This document shows, piece by piece, positions 27,232-35,893 of a DNA stretch of 64,000 bases. The notes below the pieces were generated by a model, which did not search any database, had not been told where the DNA came from, and was given only the letters and a program-made list of their open reading frames with translations. Where the stretch lies: contig CAZCZZ010000010.1 in NCBI GenBank assembly GCA_964503335.1, forward strand, positions 2,036-66,035, in the 5' to 3' direction. A program made the translations under genes and the position numbers. The DNA is from an uncultured Verrucomicrobiota bacterium (lineage in GTDB: Bacteria; Verrucomicrobiota; Kiritimatiellia; CAIVKH01). How positions within the stretch are numbered: position 1 is the first letter of the stretch; every line of letters starts with the position of its first letter.

Positions 27232-29346
27232 ATGCACATCTCGCACGTTCGCATTCAGAACTACAAGGGCCTCAAGGATGTATCCGTGCCCATGTCGTCG
27301 TTTGCCTGCGCGATCGGCGAGAACAACGCGGGCAAGTCCTCTCTGTTACAGGGCATCCTGCTCTTCATTCGTGGCGCGAAGCTGTCTTCAGCCGAATACT
27401 ACGATCCTAGTCGGGACATTCTGATCACCGTCACTCTATCCGGAGTAACCCCAGCGGTGTTGGCGGGGCTTGCCGACGATCACCGCACGAAGATCGCGCC
27501 TCACGTGAAGAATGAGGTCATCCGTCTGGCGCGACGATATTCAACAGATGGAACGTCACAACTTCGCCATATTGCCAATGTCCCCAAGTTGGAGAAACTT
27601 CGGCCAGAAAAGGTGGCGGATGCGCTCGCTGGGAAGACCGGGAAGGAAATCTCGGAAACGATTCGCACCTTTTATCAGGAAGTGGCCACTCCTGACGCTA
27701 TCGCAGCGCTCAAGACGCAGGGGGCGGCGAAAGATCTCGTAAGCGAGTATGTCAAACACCTTCCCGCTGCCGATCTGGAAGAGACCGATGTTCCGCTCGG
27801 GACCGGCATCGACAACAGCATCAAACACCTCCTGCCCGAACCAATCTACATCCCTGCCGTTAAGGACCTGTCGGACGAACTCAAGACCAAGGAAGGCGCA
27901 TCCTTCGGCAAGCTGCTGAACATTCTGCTCGATGTGATCGAGACTGATCTGTCCGAGGCTGCATCAACGTTCGAGAACCTCCGCAAGAAGCTCAATCGGA
28001 TTGTGGGGGCGGGCGGAGAAATCACGGACGAGCGGATGCCCAAAGTTCGTCAGATTGAGCAAACGATCCAGGCAAACCTGCAGGAGACGTTCCGCAACGT
28101 TTCTATCGAACTCCAGATACCGCCACCGGAAATCAAAACTGTTCTCTCCAGTGCCACTATCCTGGCGGATGATGGGGTAAAAGGCCCTGTTGAACACAAG
28201 GGGGACGGGTTCAAGCGTGCCATCGCATTCAGTATTCTGCGTAGCTATGTCCAGCTGGCGCAGGAGGCGGACTGGCGGAAGCCAGAAGATCGCGAGAAGC
28301 CCACCAAAGATCGTTTCCTCTTTCTCTTTGAAGAACCCGAGCTTTACCTTCACCCGCAAGCGCAGAACATCCTGTTCGATGCTCTGTCCATCATCTCCAA
28401 ACGGCATCAGGTCGTGGTGACGACGCACTCGCCCATGTTCTTTTCCGCTGCTTCGACGAAGACGTTCATCAAGGTGCGCAAAGAGGCGCCTGCGGGCGGT
28501 GGCAAACCCATCGGTACGTGTCTCCCGGTCGACCTCTCCAACGTTAACGAGAAGGATCGCTTTCAGCTCATCTCGTTCGAGACCTCCAACCTCGCCTTTT
28601 TCTCTCGTCGCATCGTCCTGATCGAGGGCGACAGTGAGATGATCCTTTTCCCGCACTTGGCGAAGACGCTCAACCAAGCTTGGGATTTCAAGTCGACGTC
28701 GATCAGTCTCGTTCGTGTGTCCGGGAAGGGCAGCTTCAAGCGCTATCGCGACTTCTTTACCCGGTTCGGTGTGTCTGTTGCCGTCGTGGCCGACCTCGAT
28801 GTGCTCATCAAGGATTTCGATAAGGTCGACCCCTCCCCGCAAGCGATCGCGCTTCGCAGCCAGCTGTTGCAGGTGGTCGACCGTATCGTAGATGCCGCCA
28901 ACGCGGTTCAGCCGGTCCCGCCGAAGTTGCTCAAAGAGGAACTCCAGAAGGAGCGTGCCGCGGCTCTCTACGGCGAGATCCGGGATGCTCGCGCCGCTGG
29001 CCAGACGGATGTAGTCGCTGCCAAGCTGGATGAGCTCTTTGTCTTCGAGCGAAGCGAACCGCGGTTGACGGTGCTGACCGATGATACCCAGGCCGAGGTG
29101 CTGCGGCTGAAGCGCGAATTGCTGACCGAACTACGCAACAGCAACGTCTTTGTTCTGGAGCGCGGCGCAATCGAGGCCTATTACCCGGACGGTGTTGTCG
29201 GCGACGGCAAGCCCGCAAAGGCGCAGCATGTCTGCACGCTGGTAACGACCGCTGAGCAGGTCCAGACGCTCAGTGCGCAGATCGCCGTTGGGGCCGATAC
29301 CAAATCTGAACTCGAGTGGATCATGGAGGGGCTGTTCCGCCCATAA
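27232..29346 (+). CDS. OLD-family nuclease (ABC-type ATPase + Toprim)
   Basis: GENNAGKSSLLQGI (Walker A), FLFLFEEPELYLHPQAQ, VVTTHSP, then VLIEGDSEMILF and VVADLDV (Toprim Glu and DxD). Confidence 0.8.
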   Translation: MHISHVRIQNYKGLKDVSVPMSSFACAIGENNAGKSSLLQGILLFIRGAKLSSAEYYDPSRDILITVTLSGVTPAVLAGLADDHRTKIAPHVKNEVIRLARRYSTDGTSQLRHIANVPKLEKLRPEKVADALAGKTGKEISETIRTFYQEVATPDAIAALKTQGAAKDLVSEYVKHLPAADLEETDVPLGTGIDNSIKHLLPEPIYIPAVKDLSDELKTKEGASFGKLLNILLDVIETDLSEAASTFENLRKKLNRIVGAGGEITDERMPKVRQIEQTIQANLQETFRNVSIELQIPPPEIKTVLSSATILADDGVKGPVEHKGDGFKRAIAFSILRSYVQLAQEADWRKPEDREKPTKDRFLFLFEEPELYLHPQAQNILFDALSIISKRHQVVVTTHSPMFFSAASTKTFIKVRKEAPAGGGKPIGTCLPVDLSNVNEKDRFQLISFETSNLAFFSRRIVLIEGDSEMILFPHLAKTLNQAWDFKSTSISLVRVSGKGSFKRYRDFFTRFGVSVAVVADLDVLIKDFDKVDPSPQAIALRSQLLQVVDRIVDAANAVQPVPPKLLKEELQKERAAALYGEIRDARAAGQTDVVAAKLDELFVFERSEPRLTVLTDDTQAEVLRLKRELLTELRNSNVFVLERGAIEAYYPDGVVGDGKPAKAQHVCTLVTTAEQVQTLSAQIAVGADTKSELEWIMEGLFRP

Positions 29347-29350
29347 GACT

Positions 29351-32300
29351 ATGGCTAGACCACGCAAGACGGACAACGGCATCAAGACCGCCGACTACCG
29401 GCACGACGGGGAGAAGCGGACGAATATTCCGCCGGCGAAGATGGCGGGGGAGGGGGAGATTCCGAAGGTGAAGAAAGTGCGGTATCACTATAGCCCGCAC
29501 CTGTCGCCGGAGTTGCGCTTCGATCCCACCGGCAAGGCGGATCGGGTGATGGCGGTGAAGGAGAAGGCGGGGCAGTATCTGACGGCGAAGGAGAAAGAAC
29601 TCCTGGATCAGGCTCTGGCGAGCCAGCAGCCGTGGTTGGAGTGGGCGGGGAAGAAAGAGCAGTACGACCGCGGTTGGTTCGAGGTGGATCCCGTCGCACT
29701 GCACATCCACGAGCGCGTCAGCGCCCAGGCGATCGTTCGCGCCGCGATGCGGGAGGACCTGCAACGGGACCTCTTTGCCGATCCCCAACTGGAATACCAG
29801 AAGGCCGTCCAGTTCTATCAGCACGACATCGACTGGGCCAACCGCCTCATCCTCGGCGACAGCCTCCAGGTCATGTCCTCCCTCGCTCGCCGGGAGAACC
29901 TCGCCGGCAAGGTACAGATGATCTACATCGATCCGCCGTATGGGATCTCATTCAATACCAATGTCCAAATCGCGACAACAACGCGACAAGCGGCCAACCC
30001 GAACCCGGTTCCCACGGGTCAAACAGAGATGGTGAAAGCTTATCGTGATACTTGGTGTTTGGGAACACACTCCTATCTCACATACCTCCGCGACAGACTT
30101 GCCGTCGCCCGAGAACTGCTGACAGATGCCGGGAGCATCTTCGTTCAGATTGGTGATGAAAACCTTCATCGTGTGCGGGCGATATTGGATGAACTATTCG
30201 GCGAGAAGAACTTTTGTGGGCTGATTGTGTTCTCCAAGAACAGCGGGGCGACTGACGCTCTAATGTCATCGCCCAGCGATTACATTCTATGGTTTGCGAG
30301 GGATCGTTCGTTGGTGAAGTATAACCAGCTCTACTATCCCAAAACCGAAGGCAGCGTATTTGCTGAGCGATATGATGGTGTGGAGCTGTGCACCGGCGAA
30401 AAGCGGACGAGAACAAAGGAGGAGGCAACCGGGTCCGTGTCACTCCCGGAGGGCGCACGCCTGTATACCGAGCAGCCGGCCGTTTCCCAGGGTTACCGCG
30501 AAACAACATCGGTTCCATTCGCGATGAACGATTTCGTTTGCGACATTGGTAAGCAGCGCAACTGGAAGACATCGCTTGCTGGCATGTCGCGGCTCGCGAA
30601 GGCAGAACGCCTCAAAGGGTCATCAAAGATGATCTACTTCATACGGTGCCTTGAGGACTTCCCGGCTTATGCGATGAACTGCATGTGGACGGACACACAG
30701 GATCGGATGGCGAAGAAGTACGTTGTCGAGACAGTGCCGCGCGTAATTCAACGGTGCATGCTTATGACGTCGGATCCCGGCGATTTGGTTTTGGATCCGA
30801 CCTGCGGGAGCGGTACGACGGCATACGTCGCCGAGCAATGGGGCAGACGTTGGGTCACCATCGACACCAGTCGCGTCGCGGCTTCGATAGCCCGCCAGCG
30901 CCTGCTGACGGCCAAGTACGAGTTCTTCAAGTACCGCGACGAAGCGAAGGGCGTGGCCGGCGGGTTCCGGTACAAGACGGTGCCGCACATCACACTGAAG
31001 TCGATCGCGCAGAACCAGAACCTCGATCCAATCTTTGGAAAACACGAACCGATCCTTCTCCAAGCCTTGGACGCGTGTAACAAGGCGCTTGGTCAGGTGT
31101 CGGACGCCTGCCGTTCCAAGCTGAAGGCCAAACTTCAGGCGAAGCAGGCGGCGGAGGGCAAGCGGGCGATCACCGACGCGGACGAGCGGCGGTGGAATCT
31201 TCCTGTAGGGCCGTCGCTTGCGACGAGCCGCAACGATGAGCGGGCTTCGGCGAGCGAAGCCCCTACGGGCTTCGAGCACTGGACGGTTCCATTCGACACC
31301 GATGAGGACTGGCCGAAGGCATTGCAGGAGGCGGTGACGGTGTACCGGAAGGCGTGGCGGGCCAAGATGGATGAGGTGAACCGCTGCATCGAGGAGAATG
31401 CCGACCAGGAGGAGTTGGTGGACCAGCCCGAGGTCGTGAGGGGTATCCTCCGCGTGAGCGGCCCGTTCACGGTCGAAGGGGTTCGGCCCGAGGAACTGTC
31501 GATGGGCGAGGACGGCAAGCTCTTCGATCCGACGCAGAACGATTGGGAAAGCGACTCACCTGCGATGGAGCCGCAGAACATCAGTGCCTACCTGTCGCGC
31601 ATGGTGGAACTGATCCGCAAGGACGGCGTGACGTTTCCCAACAACAAGCACCAGAAGTTTGCCCGGGTCGAGCCGCTCTACGAGGAGCGCACGGGACTCG
31701 GCATCCACGCGGAGGCGATCTGGGAGGGCACAAGCGAGAAGGAGTCGAGCAACATCGCCATCGCCTTCGGTCCTCAGTACGGACCCGTGACGGCGATGCA
31801 AGTGGAGGAGCTGATCCGGGCCAGCCGGCGCTACGACGAGTTGGTCATCGCCGGGTTCAGCTTCGATGCCGCGGCCACAGAGATCATCCAGAATGCCCAG
31901 CACCCGAAGCTGAAGATCCACATGGCCCACATCCGACCGGATGTCAGCCCCGGCATGGACGGCCTGCTCAAGGACACGCCCAACAGCCAGCTCTTCACGG
32001 TGTTCGGCCAGCCCGAGATCAGGATCAAGAAACACAAAGACGGAACGGTGCAGGTGGAACTGGTGGGCGTGGACATCTACGACCCGCTCAAGGGGGAGGT
32101 AAAGTCCTCCGGCGCTGACAAGGTGGCGGCGTGGTTCCTGGATGGCGACTACGACGGCCGCTGCTTCTGCATCACGCAGGCCTTCTTCCCCGACCAAAGC
32201 GCGTGGGAGAAGATCGCGAAAGCGCTGGGCAGCAGCGCCGACTCTGAGGTCTTTGAAGCCTTTAATGGCACGGAATCTGTTCCCTTCAAGCCCGGCAAAC

Positions 32301-32374
32301 ACAAACGCGTGGCTGTGAAGGTGATCGATCCTCGTGGCAACGAAGTGATGACCGTGCGGAAACTCGATGCCTAA
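29351..32374 (+). CDS. beta-class N6/N4 DNA methyltransferase, type III Mod-like (1007 aa)
   Basis: Motif IV IYIDPPYGISF precedes motif I DPTCGSGTTAYVAEQWGRRWVTID. ATG at 29351 is 4 nt after the OLD stop. Confidence 0.85.
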   Translation: MARPRKTDNGIKTADYRHDGEKRTNIPPAKMAGEGEIPKVKKVRYHYSPHLSPELRFDPTGKADRVMAVKEKAGQYLTAKEKELLDQALASQQPWLEWAGKKEQYDRGWFEVDPVALHIHERVSAQAIVRAAMREDLQRDLFADPQLEYQKAVQFYQHDIDWANRLILGDSLQVMSSLARRENLAGKVQMIYIDPPYGISFNTNVQIATTTRQAANPNPVPTGQTEMVKAYRDTWCLGTHSYLTYLRDRLAVARELLTDAGSIFVQIGDENLHRVRAILDELFGEKNFCGLIVFSKNSGATDALMSSPSDYILWFARDRSLVKYNQLYYPKTEGSVFAERYDGVELCTGEKRTRTKEEATGSVSLPEGARLYTEQPAVSQGYRETTSVPFAMNDFVCDIGKQRNWKTSLAGMSRLAKAERLKGSSKMIYFIRCLEDFPAYAMNCMWTDTQDRMAKKYVVETVPRVIQRCMLMTSDPGDLVLDPTCGSGTTAYVAEQWGRRWVTIDTSRVAASIARQRLLTAKYEFFKYRDEAKGVAGGFRYKTVPHITLKSIAQNQNLDPIFGKHEPILLQALDACNKALGQVSDACRSKLKAKLQAKQAAEGKRAITDADERRWNLPVGPSLATSRNDERASASEAPTGFEHWTVPFDTDEDWPKALQEAVTVYRKAWRAKMDEVNRCIEENADQEELVDQPEVVRGILRVSGPFTVEGVRPEELSMGEDGKLFDPTQNDWESDSPAMEPQNISAYLSRMVELIRKDGVTFPNNKHQKFARVEPLYEERTGLGIHAEAIWEGTSEKESSNIAIAFGPQYGPVTAMQVEELIRASRRYDELVIAGFSFDAAATEIIQNAQHPKLKIHMAHIRPDVSPGMDGLLKDTPNSQLFTVFGQPEIRIKKHKDGTVQVELVGVDIYDPLKGEVKSSGADKVAAWFLDGDYDGRCFCITQAFFPDQSAWEKIAKALGSSADSEVFEAFNGTESVPFKPGKHKRVAVKVIDPRGNEVMTVRKLDA

Positions 32375-35300
32375 CGTTCCTCAGAATCAGCAGCCCGAAG
32401 CGACGCGAGATCACAACATGCTCTCTGCGATGGAAGTCGCGTTGCAGGATGAGATCAAGGCAGCAAAGCGAAGCCGTCATCGCATTACGCTGTTTGATGG
32501 CGATTTGATAAGCAAGAAGGATGGAGTCTATGCGTACCGTTTCGAGCTTCCTGAGGGGGTGACGCTTGCCAACGTGGAAGAGATTGAGATCGGCGTCGAT
32601 CAAGGCATGGTCGAGGGAGAGGTCGCGAGTGTCGACAGTCAGTTTGTCGTCATCAACCTCGAGGAGGATCTTGGCAAGAAGGTCGAGAAGCTTTCGATCG
32701 AGTGGTCCACGACGGTAGTCCTTGAGAAGATGCTGGAACGAATCGGCGAGATGAAGTCTCAGCCCGACAAGTTCAACATGAGTCTGATGTCCGACCTCTT
32801 CTCGCCGCAGAAGACTTCTGTGTCCTCTCCGTTTTCCGGTGTCGCTCTAGAGGACGACATACGGACTCCAAACCAGCGAAAGGCCATTCGCGGTGCTTTG
32901 TCGAACAAGATTAGCTTTGTGTGGGGACCTCCCGGAACAGGGAAGACTAGCACGCTGGGCTTCATTGCCTGCAGCTTGGTGGAGCGGGGTGAACGCGTTC
33001 TGCTGGTCAGCAATACAAACCGCGCGGTGGACGTGGCGCTGCAACAGGTGATCAAGTGTTTCAAGACCTTCAAGAAGGAATGGAAAGACCGGATCACGCG
33101 GTATGGCCGCCCGTTTATTCTCGATGATCCGGACCTTGATCGCATCTTTTTCACCAATCAGATCCAAGCCGCGCGTGAAAGACTGATTTCGAACGTCGAG
33201 AAGCAAGCAGCCTTGATAAGCAAGTATGAGCGTTTCGCAAAGCGCGCTGCAGAGCATGATCAACTCGTAGCCGAGGTGGAATCAGCGAAGCGAAAACTGC
33301 TCGGCATCCAGACCAAGCGGGCTGGTCTGCAGAAGACACTCGATTCTACAAGGCAACGCGCGCAGAAGCTCGAAGGGCTTGGGGGACTTCTCGCCGAATT
33401 TGGAGAAGTGACTCACCGGGTCAGCGCCTTCAATGCGATCCTGGAGGACGCCCGAAACAAGAGGGCGAGAGCAGATCAGGAGGACCACCTGCTTCAGGCA
33501 AAGGGTCAGGACCTGAAGAAGGCTACGGAGCGAATCGAAAAGAGAAACAAAGGCGGGCTTTTGAGCATCGTCGGCACGTTTCTTGGACCCTCACGCGAAT
33601 CCCTTGAACGGGAGAAGAACTCAGCCAGTGCCGCAGTTCTGGCCGCAAAGAAGAGCTATCAGGACGCGCTCAGCCTCGCTGCGGCCGCAGATAAGAGAGT
33701 TGAAGAACAGGTCGACAGAACTCAACTGGCCCGGTTGCGCGAGCTTGAGACGGAATTGGCCAGGCATGCAATAGATCTGCAGATAGTCGCTCTGACAAAG
33801 CCCGGCTTTTCGACTGATGCGGCCATCAAGACGCTACGCGAGGAAGCAACGCGCCTGACCTCAGAGATCGAGAAGGGGCAGGGTACCCTGATTGAACAGC
33901 AGAAACAGGTAGACGCATTCATCGCCAAGATCAACACCGCCGACATCGCAAGCCAGCGGGCGAAGTTTGATGCCGTAAAGGCGGAGATTGCATCGAATGG
34001 GGGGGTGGAGCAGATCAAAGCCTTTGTTCAAGAGAACACAAAAGTGGACGAAGAGGCCCTTCTCAAGGAAATGAGGTTGATCGGCGCCACTTTGGCCAAG
34101 TCGGTCGCCAATCGCGCAATCGCGTCATCCCGCTACGACGCCATTCTGGTAGATGAGGCCAGTATGGTGAGTCTTCCGTATCTCGCGATCCTTGCGGCCA
34201 TAGCGCACAAGCGCGTGATTGTTGTGGGTGATCCCCAGCAGCTGCCCCCTATTGCACTTGCCTACTCGGAACACGCACAGCGATGGCTGGAGCGCGACAT
34301 GTTTATGCAGGCAAGCGGATCTCAGAACGTGGACCAGCTGTTTGCATGGCACGATGCGAATCCTGAATTCACATACTTTCTCGACACTGATTACCGCATG
34401 ACCGGCGAGCTCAGTGGGATTATCAACGACTTATTCTACGCCGGTCGGCTCAAGAACGGTCGCGTGAATGAAGAGGAGGACGAACTGGCGGGAATACAAC
34501 TGATCGACACAGCCTCGTTGAGTCCGACCCTCTCAGAACTGCCTTCAGGTAAGGGAAAGTTCCCGGTCTACAACCCGGTTCATACGGAGAAGATCGTCGA
34601 TGTCGTTCGGGTTCTGTCTGAAGGCGGCCTTGTCGATGCTGGTGAGATCGGCATCGTCGTACCGTTGAATTCTGCCGCGGTGTGGATTCGTCAAGAGCTC
34701 AAGAAGGCAGGCTTTCGCAGCGTCGAGGTGGGAACGGTTCACACGTTCCAAGGCCGGGAGAAGCAAGTCATCATCTTTGATACGGTGGTCAGCGGCGTTG
34801 ATTTCACAATCCGCCCATTCGACGAGCAGAAAACCGGTGACGCGGTGAAGCGACTTCTGAATGTCGCTTTGTCTCGAACGAAGAAGACTTTGGTCGTAGT
34901 GGCTAACATGAGGCATTTCCGATCGGTCTATCGCGATAGGCTGGTCCTGCGTGTGCTCGGGCGAATCGAGAAAGCTTCACGAATTGCCGAGCACCCGGAT
35001 GTGGAAGATCCGGAAATAGAGGACGAAATTATCGTTGAGGACTTTGGAGTCGAGGGTGGCGTAGATCTGGAGCTCCAGGACGATCTGGATCCTTCGGATC
35101 CGCCGATCCAGGAAGTGCTTCATGACCATCCCGTCACCACTGTCTTAGTGAAAGAGCCTGACGTCACCGCCACCGTTCAGGCTCCCCCCCCTGGCGATCG
35201 GGGCATGCCGCCAGAAATTGTTTCTCAGCCGTCCGTTGACTCAAAGCGGTCTGTCCTGAAGGACGTTCAGAAGCTCGGCCATGAGATCACCTCTCTCCGT

Positions 35301-35738
35301 GGTGAGATCAATGTGCTGAGCACGCGACTCCGTGGTGCTCCGTTGTTCAAACTGTCGGTGGAAGGCGAGCAGATCGCGGGAAAGTTGCCGCAAACCGTGG
35401 TCTCCAGTGAAGGCACCTTCAAGGATTGGATCGATTCGGTTTACAAGTACTTCTATGAGTCGTCAGGGGGCCCCAATGCCGGTCCCCCGATTGTTGATCG
35501 TCAGGTCGACGTGACAAAGATCCGTTGGCACATCAATAGGCTGAGAAACGGATTCTTCCATGATTCTGCGCATACGGATGACCCCGTCAGGGACGCCGAG
35601 ACGCAGCGGAAGGTCTATGATCACTTCATCGGCAAGCCGTATCCGACGCAGTCACATGAATGGACAGCTCTACAGCTGTCCGTGATGTATCAGGTCGTCG
35701 AATGGTTGAAGTACATCGTCGGGAGATTAAGGGGTTAG
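32367..35738 (+). CDS. SF1B (DNA2/Upf1-like, AAA_11/AAA_12) helicase with coiled-coil insertion and unknown C-terminal domain
   Basis: GPPGTGKTS, ILVDEASMV, VGDPQQLPPI, YRM, VHTFQGREKQVIIF and LNVALSRTKK. About 300 aa of coiled coil lies between Walker A and B. An acidic linker and a ~190-aa tail follow. Confidence 0.8.
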   Translation: MPNVPQNQQPEATRDHNMLSAMEVALQDEIKAAKRSRHRITLFDGDLISKKDGVYAYRFELPEGVTLANVEEIEIGVDQGMVEGEVASVDSQFVVINLEEDLGKKVEKLSIEWSTTVVLEKMLERIGEMKSQPDKFNMSLMSDLFSPQKTSVSSPFSGVALEDDIRTPNQRKAIRGALSNKISFVWGPPGTGKTSTLGFIACSLVERGERVLLVSNTNRAVDVALQQVIKCFKTFKKEWKDRITRYGRPFILDDPDLDRIFFTNQIQAARERLISNVEKQAALISKYERFAKRAAEHDQLVAEVESAKRKLLGIQTKRAGLQKTLDSTRQRAQKLEGLGGLLAEFGEVTHRVSAFNAILEDARNKRARADQEDHLLQAKGQDLKKATERIEKRNKGGLLSIVGTFLGPSRESLEREKNSASAAVLAAKKSYQDALSLAAAADKRVEEQVDRTQLARLRELETELARHAIDLQIVALTKPGFSTDAAIKTLREEATRLTSEIEKGQGTLIEQQKQVDAFIAKINTADIASQRAKFDAVKAEIASNGGVEQIKAFVQENTKVDEEALLKEMRLIGATLAKSVANRAIASSRYDAILVDEASMVSLPYLAILAAIAHKRVIVVGDPQQLPPIALAYSEHAQRWLERDMFMQASGSQNVDQLFAWHDANPEFTYFLDTDYRMTGELSGIINDLFYAGRLKNGRVNEEEDELAGIQLIDTASLSPTLSELPSGKGKFPVYNPVHTEKIVDVVRVLSEGGLVDAGEIGIVVPLNSAAVWIRQELKKAGFRSVEVGTVHTFQGREKQVIIFDTVVSGVDFTIRPFDEQKTGDAVKRLLNVALSRTKKTLVVVANMRHFRSVYRDRLVLRVLGRIEKASRIAEHPDVEDPEIEDEIIVEDFGVEGGVDLELQDDLDPSDPPIQEVLHDHPVTTVLVKEPDVTATVQAPPPGDRGMPPEIVSQPSVDSKRSVLKDVQKLGHEITSLRGEINVLSTRLRGAPLFKLSVEGEQIAGKLPQTVVSSEGTFKDWIDSVYKYFYESSGGPNAGPPIVDRQVDVTKIRWHINRLRNGFFHDSAHTDDPVRDAETQRKVYDHFIGKPYPTQSHEWTALQLSVMYQVVEWLKYIVGRLRG

Positions 35739-35740
35739 TC

Positions 35741-35893
35741 GACAACAGCCATGACCACACCGAAAGCGTCGCCTTCAAGCCGGGCCGGCATAACCGAGTC
35801 GCTGTTAGAGTCGTTGACCCGCGCGGCAGCGAGGTCATGTCTGTGACAAGGGTGGATGAACTAAGCCGAACGGTTAGTGGAAGAACTGGTTGA
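35741..35893 (+). pseudogene. remnant of the C-terminus of a second, homologous Mod-like methyltransferase
   Basis: Translates to ..HTESVAFKPGRHNRVAVRVVDPRGSEVMSVTRVDE.., parallel to the real MTase end ..GTESVPFKPGKHKRVAVKVIDPRGNEVMTVRKLDA (about 23/33 identical by eye). Its TGA overlaps the next ATG. Confidence 0.75.

Noticed and set aside
27232-29346. Calling the OLD nuclease GajA of Gabija, or AriA of PARIS.
   Set aside because: No UvrD-like GajB gene is adjacent, since the nearest UvrD is 14 kb away in another operon. The ATPase and Toprim are in one chain, unlike the AriA/AriB split. Neighbours are GmrSD and an MTase.
35184-35191. C8 homopolymer inside the SF1 helicase gene (also G8 at about 669-676 in pdxJ and C8 at about 8928-8935 intergenic), considered as a slipped-strand phase-variation tract.
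   Set aside because: The tract encodes Pro-Pro-Pro in a Pro-rich linker of a GC-rich genome. It is short for a contingency locus, and a similar run occurs in housekeeping pdxJ. There is no evidence of variation from a single sequence.
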